From the NCBI GenBank assembly GCA_018714445.1, contig DVNK01000063.1:5976-69975 (forward strand): 64,000 nucleotides of DNA, in the 5' to 3' direction. Position numbers and translations under genes: made by a program. The stretch is from Candidatus Fimadaptatus faecigallinarum. Lineage in GTDB: Bacteria > Bacillota > Clostridia > Christensenellales > Aristaeellaceae. Positions 57,357-64,000 of this stretch are shown one piece after another. Each line of letters opens with the position of its first letter. The stretch's first letter is position 1. Under the pieces are notes generated by a model that was not told the origin of the DNA, made no database searches, and saw only the letters and a list, made by a program, of their open reading frames with translations.

Positions 57357-57761
57357 CGCCCCACTCTGCTCAAAGCGCATGACAAGCCTGTTATAGCAGG
57401 TTTCAGTCCATTGACAAAGTATGTCCCATACGGTCTGCTTGGCCAAGCATGCAAAGCAGCCGGCAAAGTATGCAAATAACAGTAGAATGCTGCTTATGTA
57501 AAACTGGTTTTGCAACATTGCCCATAGGCTGTTTCAAAAAGCTGCTTGGAATAAAACTGTATGTTCAGCCGCCGGGGTTTGTCAGTGGTCTAAAACATGT
57601 TATAGCAGGCTTTCGCTCAAGTCCCACTTCACGTTCCCGCCACCCAAATGTATTGCATCTTCACATGCGAAGGTCTCCCCCGGGCCAATCCGCAGCCTTT
57701 ACAGCCGTCCACACCTCATGCTATAATGGAACAAATACGCACTGAAAGAGAGGTCGCTAAC

Positions 57762-58184
57762 ATGCTGCTTACACCCAACTTCAACTTTGATGGACATTGT
57801 GAAGAAGCCATGGCTCTATACCAGCAGGCCTTCAATGCCCGGGTGGATTTCGTGCTCCGCTATCGGGATGCCGACCCTGAGGATCATCCCGCCCCTTGTC
57901 CCCAGGAGCAGGCGAACTACATCTATCACGCTGAGATGCACATCGCCAACCAGCGGATCATGCTCTGCGACAACCTGGATATACCATTTCAGACCAGTCT
58001 GGCACTTTCCCTCACCGTCACATTCGATACCGCAGATGAGGTGCGCCGGGCATTTGACATACTTGCTCCCGGCGGACAGATCATCTATCCGCTGCAAAGC
58101 ACCACTTACAGTTCCCAGTTAGGCGTGTTGATAGACCGCTTTGGCTTCCGCTGGGGGCTGATGACCGAGGACCCCAACGCTTGA
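57762..58184 (+). CDS. VOC family / PhnB-like protein
   Basis: 140 aa. Start refined to MLLTPNFNFDG after GAGAGG. Carries a PhnB-like signature (YHAEM.I....M..D ... DRFGFRW). Confidence 0.75.
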   Translation: MLLTPNFNFDGHCEEAMALYQQAFNARVDFVLRYRDADPEDHPAPCPQEQANYIYHAEMHIANQRIMLCDNLDIPFQTSLALSLTVTFDTADEVRRAFDILAPGGQIIYPLQSTTYSSQLGVLIDRFGFRWGLMTEDPNA

Positions 58185-58643
58185 CCATGTCGTCAAGCGG
58201 CGGTATGGCCATACGGCTGGCAGCGCCGTCCCCGGGAATCGCGGCGCTTATGGCGCAGATCGAAACCCGCTCCAGACAATCCGGCACGCGCCCGCTGCTA
58301 CTCGGCCCAGGACACACCCGCAAGCTGCATTTCCCGGTCTGCTGCCGCATCAGGCGCCCGCCCGGCGCTTGCAGTTTATCGACAAAGCAATCAGCGTACT
58401 GACGATTCCGCCTTTTTGCATTGACGACATTTAACCCCCGCACGTTGATACACTCGGTATTTCGGCATCGTTTGGCAGTGCCGTTCATGTTAGATAGGCC
58501 AGATAGGTTTGCATACATCTCGGCATTGGATACTTTGCCAGCAATCCAAAGCGCCGGACGGTCAACGGCGACCGCCCGGCTTTTCACATCCGCATCTATA
58601 TATTCTCCTGACGAGGCGCGCCCGGGGCTGTCCGCACTCTGCG

Positions 58644-59108
58644 CTAGCGCTTTACGATGCGGCGCTTGCCGGTCAGCGTCTCCAATTCCACCGCGTATAC
58701 CGCAGTCATGCCGACGCAGTCGCCCAGCTCAAAGTCGGGATAGCCGCAGTGCGCGTTGAGCCGCCTGAGCGCGTGCAGCGCCCGCTCGCCTTCCACGCGG
58801 TGCGCACGGCCATAGCCTATCACGCTCTCGTACTCGCAGGTCAGGCTGTGGCCCGTGTCGCAAAACCCCAGGCACCTCGACAGCTCCGCGCACACCCGCG
58901 CGTCGCGCGCCAGCAGCTCGTGCTTGCGCCCGACGCCTGCGCCGTGGAAGTACAGCGTGACATGCCCGTCCTGCGCGTCGTAGCCGAACGACACCGGCAC
59001 CACATACGGATATCCATCCGCGTTCATGCCCAGATGCAGTGTGTCGCAGCGCTCGATGATGCTGACTATATCTTCAAAGTCCCTTACCTCGCGGTCGCTC
59101 CGGCGCAT
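58644..59108 (-). CDS. pyridoxamine 5'-phosphate oxidase family (FMN-binding split barrel) protein
   Basis: Begins MRRSDREVRDFEDIVSIIERC ... YPYVVPVSFG. Start refined to the ATG 8 nt after GGAAGGGGGG. Lies 19 nt downstream of purB. Confidence 0.85.
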   Translation of the reverse strand: MRRSDREVRDFEDIVSIIERCDTLHLGMNADGYPYVVPVSFGYDAQDGHVTLYFHGAGVGRKHELLARDARVCAELSRCLGFCDTGHSLTCEYESVIGYGRAHRVEGERALHALRRLNAHCGYPDFELGDCVGMTAVYAVELETLTGKRRIVKR

Positions 59109-59127
59109 TGCGCGCACCCCCCTTCCG

Positions 59128-60552
59128 TCAGACCTTTACGCCTTCCATACTGGTCGCCTCGGCCGTAGCCAGCGCCGGGTCCACGCACTGCGCTATGAAC
59201 TCGTCGACCTGCGCCGGACAGCGGCCTATGAAGTTCTCCGCCTTGAGCGTGCCGACTATCTCATCTCGGCTGACCGGTATCTCGGGGTCGTTCGCCATGA
59301 GCTCTATGAGGTTGTTGTCCAGGCCGTCCTCCTTGACGCGCCGGGCAGCGGCCTGCGAATGCTGGCGTATGCGCTCGTGCACCGCCTGACGGTCGCCGCC
59401 GTGCTTGACCGCCTCCATCAGCACGTTCTCAGTCGCCATGAACGGCAGGTTCTCGTCGACGCGCCGCGCTATAACGCGCGGATACACGACCAGCCCGTCG
59501 GCCACGTTGCAGTACAGCTCCAGCACCGCATCGACCGCCATGAACGCCTCCGGCATGCATATGCGCCGCACCGCGCTGTCGTCCAGCGTGCGCTCAAACC
59601 ACTGCGTCGACGCAGTCATGGCCGCGTCCTGCGCCAGCGCCATTACGTGCCGGCTCAGCGAGCAGATGCGCTCCGAACGCATCGGATTGCGCTTGTACGC
59701 CATCGCAGACGAGCCGACCTGATTCTTCTCAAACGGCTCCTCTATCTCGCGGTAGCTCTGCAGCAGCCGCATATCCTGCGCAAACTTGTACGCGCTCTGC
59801 GCCACCGCCGACAGCGTGCTCATTATGCGGAAGTCCAGCTTGCGCGGATAGGTCTGGCCGCTGACGGCAAACACCTTGTCCATGCCCATCTTGTGCGCGA
59901 TGCGCTTTTCCAGCTCGCACACGCGCGCGTTGTCGCCTTCCATCAGCTCCATGAAGCTCGCCTGAGTGCCGGTCGTGCCCTTGTTGCCCAGCAGGCGCAT
60001 CGTGCTGAGCGTATGGTCGATGTCCTCCAGGTCCATCAGCAGGTCCTGCATCCACAGGCAGGCGCGCTTGCCCACCGTAACCAGCTGCGCCGGTTGCAGG
60101 TGCGTCAGGCCCAGCGTCGGCAGGTCGCGGTACTTTATCGCAAACCCGCGCAGCCGCCGCACCGCCTCCAGCAACTTTGCGCGCACCAGTTTCAGCGCAT
60201 CGCGGTATATCAGCACATCGGCATTGTCAGTCACGTAGCAGCTGGTCGCTCCCAGGTGGATTATGCCCTTGGCATTCGGGCAGCACAGCCCGTAGGCGTA
60301 CACATGCGCCATGACGTCATGGCGTATTTCGCGCTCCTTGCGCGCCACTGCGTCGTAGTCTATGTCGGTTATATGCGCCTTGAGCTCGTCGACCTGCGCC
60401 TGAGTCACCGGCAGGCCCAGCTCCATCTCGCTCTCAGCCAGCGCTACCCACAGTTTGCGCCAGGTTATCGTGCGCGTGTCCTGCGAAAACAGCTGCTGCA
60501 TCGCGTGGCTCGCGTATCGCGTCGTAAGCGGATTTTCATATACATCGTGCAT
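59128..60552 (-). CDS. purB: adenylosuccinate lyase
   Basis: 474 aa with the fumarate lyase signature SSAMAYKRNP and the N-terminal NPLTTRYAS. Confidence 0.95.
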   Translation of the reverse strand: MHDVYENPLTTRYASHAMQQLFSQDTRTITWRKLWVALAESEMELGLPVTQAQVDELKAHITDIDYDAVARKEREIRHDVMAHVYAYGLCCPNAKGIIHLGATSCYVTDNADVLIYRDALKLVRAKLLEAVRRLRGFAIKYRDLPTLGLTHLQPAQLVTVGKRACLWMQDLLMDLEDIDHTLSTMRLLGNKGTTGTQASFMELMEGDNARVCELEKRIAHKMGMDKVFAVSGQTYPRKLDFRIMSTLSAVAQSAYKFAQDMRLLQSYREIEEPFEKNQVGSSAMAYKRNPMRSERICSLSRHVMALAQDAAMTASTQWFERTLDDSAVRRICMPEAFMAVDAVLELYCNVADGLVVYPRVIARRVDENLPFMATENVLMEAVKHGGDRQAVHERIRQHSQAAARRVKEDGLDNNLIELMANDPEIPVSRDEIVGTLKAENFIGRCPAQVDEFIAQCVDPALATAEATSMEGVKV

Positions 60553-61252
60553 CTACAATCATCCTCCATGCGTATAGCTGCCCGCGCCCGGTCGCGGGCT
60601 AGGATATACCCAGTTTACATCAAAAGTATTATCTCTGCAACGCATTTTGTATTTATATATCGCCAACTGTGCGCCGAAGCGCAAGCCGTACGATTATGAC
60701 TTTGCAGCGCGATTCATTCGGCGTCAAAGCGCCATGCACCCCATCGCCCAGTCTGCCGCGCGACAGCGTCGGGACATGGTGAAGCTGCCAGGCGCCGCGC
60801 GAGCAGTCGCGCCGCAGCCTGTAAACTCAGCGCAATTACATCAGTCGAAACAGCCCACGCTGAATAGTCTCAGGGCTGCAACGTCGTATTGACCGTCAAA
60901 TCGAGCTGAATATATTGATTGCATCCGATGCTCCGCAATACCGGATCATGTAAACAGCTGTCGTCAGCATGGGTCTAACTGCTGATACATTGATATTTGC
61001 GCTCTGACATGCGCGTCTGTTGGGTCACAGTTTGCGTTCTGACGGTCAGCTGTACTCCGGCACTGCCGTGGATTGGCGCACTTCATGCGCGCCGCCACGG
61101 ATGGCGTTTACCGGGCCCTCGCACGCCGACGGTCGCACTGGGACGCTTAATCCAATTTCAGCATATGGCATCATGCATGGACATGTGGTACAATACAATA
61201 TAATACGCCCTCGGACAAGCGAGGCGATTCGTGCGACGACAGGAGTGTTTTT

Positions 61253-61930
61253 ATGACCAGGGACGTATACGACCTTATCGAAGGCTACATGCAGACCTGC
61301 ATGACCGACAACGCTCACGACTGCGAACACATATACCGCGTGCTGTACGTGGCGCTGGACATAGCCCGCACTGAGCCCGACGCAGACCGCGATGTGCTGA
61401 TATGCGCCTGCCTGCTGCATGACATAGGCCGCATGGAACAATTCGAAAACCCTGCGCTAGACCACGCCCAGGTCGGCGCCGACAAGGCGCTGCGCTTTCT
61501 GCGCGAACACGGCTTTGACGATGAGTTTGCCCGGCGCGTAAGCGATTGCATACGCGCACACCGCTACCGCGCCGCAAATCCGCCGCGCTCTATCGAAGCG
61601 CAGATACTGTTCGACGCCGACAAGATAGATGTATCCGGCGCGATAGGCATAGCCCGCACGCTGATATACGATGGTCAGGTCGGCGAGCCGCTCTACACGC
61701 TGGGCTCCGATGGGCAGGTGCTTGACGGCCAGGGCGGCGCCGCGCCATCGTTCTTCCATGAATACCGGTTCAAGCTTGAAAAGCTCTATGAGCGCTTCTA
61801 TACCGCCCGCGCCGCACAGATCGCCGCTCAGCGCCGCCTGGCCGCCGAGCAGTTCTATCACAACCTGCTCGACGAGGTGCGCGGCGCGTACCGGTTGGGC
61901 GCTGATCTGCTCAAGGACGAGTTGAAGTAG
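61253..61930 (+). CDS. HD domain-containing phosphohydrolase
   Basis: 225 aa with H...HD metal ligands (HIYRV ... LLHDIGR ... HR). RBS AGGAG. Confidence 0.85.
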   Translation: MTRDVYDLIEGYMQTCMTDNAHDCEHIYRVLYVALDIARTEPDADRDVLICACLLHDIGRMEQFENPALDHAQVGADKALRFLREHGFDDEFARRVSDCIRAHRYRAANPPRSIEAQILFDADKIDVSGAIGIARTLIYDGQVGEPLYTLGSDGQVLDGQGGAAPSFFHEYRFKLEKLYERFYTARAAQIAAQRRLAAEQFYHNLLDEVRGAYRLGADLLKDELK

Positions 61931-61975
61931 CCGGCTGAGCGCGATATGCGCATAGCGACTCGGCTCCGGAGGTTT

Positions 61976-62173
61976 GGCTGAGTGCCGGTGCAACTTTGAC
62001 AGACTTCTGGCGCGGCTTTGGCTGACTGCCGGTGTAGCTTTGGCTTACTGCCAGCGCGGATATGGCTGACTGCCGGTGCAACTTTGGCTGACTGCCGGTA
62101 CGGCTATGCCAGACTGTCGGTGCAGCTATGCCAGACTGCCAGCGCGGCTATGCCAGACTGCCGGCTGGTCGTA
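61976..62173. repeat. tandem repeat, 22-bp unit, about 9 copies, with two unit types alternating (44-bp higher order)
   Basis: Units start at 61976, 61998, 62020, 62042, 62064, 62086, 62108, 62130 and 62152. Type A reads GGCTGACTGCCGGTGCAACTTT and type B reads GGCTTACTGCCAGCGCGGATAT. Confidence 0.9.
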
Positions 62174-62825
62174 AGCATAATACTGACTTGGTGCCCATGG
62201 GCGCTATCCAACCGCCGTTGACCGCACGCTTGCGCGCTGAGACAAACGCCATCGTTCCAAGTTCACAAATTTGCACGCGGATGCTACAACCTGCGCACGT
62301 TACAGACCACACGCACACTGAGACGCCATGCTGCTTTCACTGCTACACGCACATACGCACACACAATATCGAACCACCGCGCGCACAAGCGCCTGTATAA
62401 CTAGGTCGGTTCGTTGCATTATGATTACGCGCGCGATGTCGACCGATTAACGCGCAGGCTTCCGCGCAAGGTCGGTTCATTTTTCAGGACCACGCACAAC
62501 ATATAGCGCCTGCGCGCACAAGTACGCACAAAGCCCTCTCACTTGCGCCCTGCCAAACGCGTACGCCATCCACCAGCGCGCTCACAACCGCACTCATTCC
62601 CCGCCGCGCGACGAAAGTGCAAATCCGTTCCGCATTGCGCCACTGGGCAATGCGCGCGCCGCCACACGCCGAAATGCGAATTATTTCTTTAAAAGTCGAT
62701 GAAACATTCGATTCTTTACGCGTGTCCGGCTTGACATGCAACGTGAAACGATGTATGCTTTATTCGTATTAGATGCAATACCGCCGGTCGGCGGCAGCTA
62801 AAGACGACGTGGAGGGATTTCGATT

Positions 62826-63536
62826 ATGGAAATGCGTCAGCAGCTATACGAGGGCAAGGCCAAGCGCGTATACGCGACGGACGATCCCAACTATGTGATA
62901 GTTGAGTACAAGGACGATGCGACTGCGTTCAATGGGCTTAAAAAGGGCACGATAGCTGGCAAGGGCGTCGTGAACAACCGCATGAGCAACCTGCTGTTTG
63001 GCTACCTGGCCGACAATGGCATACCCACGCACCTCGTAAAGGAGCTCGACGAGCGCCATACGCTGGTTAAGCATGTGAAAATAGTGCCGCTTGAGGTGAT
63101 AGTGCGCAATATAGCCGCGGGCAGCTTCTCCAAGCGCTTCGGCGTGGCCGAGGGCACAGACCTGGCCAACCCCACGATCGAGTTCTCCTACAAGAACGAC
63201 GAGCTCGGCGATCCGATGATAAACACCTCTCAGGCGCTGGCGCTGCGCTTGGCTACCAGCGAGCAGATAGAGACCATACGCACTATGGCGCTGCGCATAA
63301 ACGAGCTTATGCGCAAGTTCTTCCTGGAGCGCGGCCTGATACTGGTCGACTACAAGCTTGAGTTCGGCCTGTTTGACGGCAGGATAGTGCTGGCCGACGA
63401 GATATCGCCCGATACCTGCCGCCTGTGGGACGTGAATACCCGCGAAAAGCTCGACAAGGATCGCTTCCGCCGCGACATGGGCGGCGTCGAGGACGCTTAC
63501 AGCGAAGTATACCATCGCATGGGCTTGGACAAGTAA
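62826..63536 (+). CDS. purC: phosphoribosylaminoimidazole-succinocarboxamide synthase
   Basis: 236 aa with LYEGKAKRVY, the SAICAR synthetase signatures and LVDYKLEFG. RBS GGAGGG. Confidence 0.96.
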   Translation: MEMRQQLYEGKAKRVYATDDPNYVIVEYKDDATAFNGLKKGTIAGKGVVNNRMSNLLFGYLADNGIPTHLVKELDERHTLVKHVKIVPLEVIVRNIAAGSFSKRFGVAEGTDLANPTIEFSYKNDELGDPMINTSQALALRLATSEQIETIRTMALRINELMRKFFLERGLILVDYKLEFGLFDGRIVLADEISPDTCRLWDVNTREKLDKDRFRRDMGGVEDAYSEVYHRMGLDK

Positions 63537-63733
63537 GGCCCGCATGGCCATGCCGCGCATTGGGCGGATGACAAATCCTATGTGCGGTCTGGAGAGGTTG
63601 CATGGCCTCTCCATTTTGCATCGTTTAAGGTACTGCGGCGGCCTTGCGGCCGTCATGCAGAATTCACACGGGACGCGGTGGAGCGTTACCGCCGCCGGTC
63701 CCTGAACACAGTGTACGAGACAGGGAGTTATAT

Positions 63734-64000
63734 ATGTCTGAAGGATTCGACAGGATTCACGAGGAATGCGGCGTATTTGGCGTATACGACGTCGAGGGCC
63801 ACAACGTCGCTCCGATGGTTTACTATGGTCTGTTTGCGCTGCAGCACCGCGGCCAGGAGAGCTGCGGCATTGCGGTCTCTGATCGCGGCGTGGTGTCCTA
63901 CCACAAGGACATGGGCCTGGTCGGCGACGTGTTCGCCAAGGAGGAACTGCACCGTCTGACTGGCGATATCGCCATAGGCCATGTGCGCTATTCGACGACC
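63734..64000 (+). CDS. purF: amidophosphoribosyltransferase, 5' part (runs off the window)
   Basis: Not in the ORF track because it has no stop. Hand translation gives MSEGFDRIHEECGVFGVYD ... ALQHRGQESCGIAV ... IGHVRYSTT, the Ntn glutamine amidotransferase signature. Confidence 0.9.
   Translation, partial: MSEGFDRIHEECGVFGVYDVEGHNVAPMVYYGLFALQHRGQESCGIAVSDRGVVSYHKDMGLVGDVFAKEELHRLTGDIAIGHVRYSTT

Noticed and set aside
58081-58587. 168-aa minus-strand ORF in the gap after the PhnB-like gene
   Set aside because: It overlaps the 3' end of the PhnB-like CDS, has no RBS, and is Arg/Ser/Gly/Cys-rich without motifs.
62690-62825. Purine or ZTP riboswitch, or PurR PurBox, upstream of purC (also looked upstream of purB at 60553..60640)
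   Set aside because: I could not find the conserved purine-riboswitch junction or loops, or the ZTP CCGCCTGGGC-type element. There are only weak CGAAT-containing half-matches to PurBox and a plausible TTGACA-17-TATGCT promoter. The GC hairpin upstream of purB (GCCCGCG-6 nt-CGCGGGC) has no known motif.

Overview
GC-rich (about 60% by eye) chromosomal segment with Firmicutes/Clostridia hallmarks: two T-box leaders, a GlpP antiterminator, feoAB with the Cys-rich FeoB-associated peptide, and AGGAGG-type ribosome binding sites. The taxon is an inference. I support about 55 CDSs, one tRNA-Thr(GGU), two T-box riboswitches, several TTGACA-17-TATAAT promoters, several intrinsic terminators and three intergenic tandem-repeat arrays.

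Gene content is housekeeping plus anaerobic metabolism:
- MATE efflux, and a TetR / small helical protein / FtsH / HdeD-like module.
- M28 peptidase, M24 Xaa-Pro aminopeptidase, a glycyl radical enzyme (probable hydroxyproline dehydratase HypD) and its activase.
- A SPASM radical SAM maturase and an Mrp/NBP35 ATPase.
- A GH29 fucosidase operon, LplA, and four Gfo/Idh/MocA oxidoreductases with AraC/RpiR regulators and a TIM-barrel isomerase.
- GlpP with a glpA-like flavoprotein trio, feoAB, and a T-box-controlled acyl-CoA synthetase.
- Cell-wall proteins (PG-binding/PDZ, VanW), gap-galE-proC-rnhA, MarR, T-box-cysE-cysS, Fur, deoC, and purB/purC/purF.

I saw no transposase, integrase, phage genes, CRISPR array, rRNA or recognisable defence system, and no clear-cut novel multi-gene system.

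The observations most worth follow-up:
- A Leu-specifier T-box controlling an ANL-family acyl-CoA ligase.
- An orphan consensus promoter and terminator that define a candidate small RNA.
- Three unrelated iteron-like tandem arrays with periods of 46, 17 and 22 bp.
- A Gfo/Idh/MocA plus TIM-barrel pair reminiscent of keto-glycoside deglycosylation.
- A strong ATA bias for isoleucine in a GC-rich genome.

Many long ORFs in the track are antisense shadow ORFs, typical of high-GC DNA, and were rejected. All start-site refinements come from reading RBS spacing by eye.
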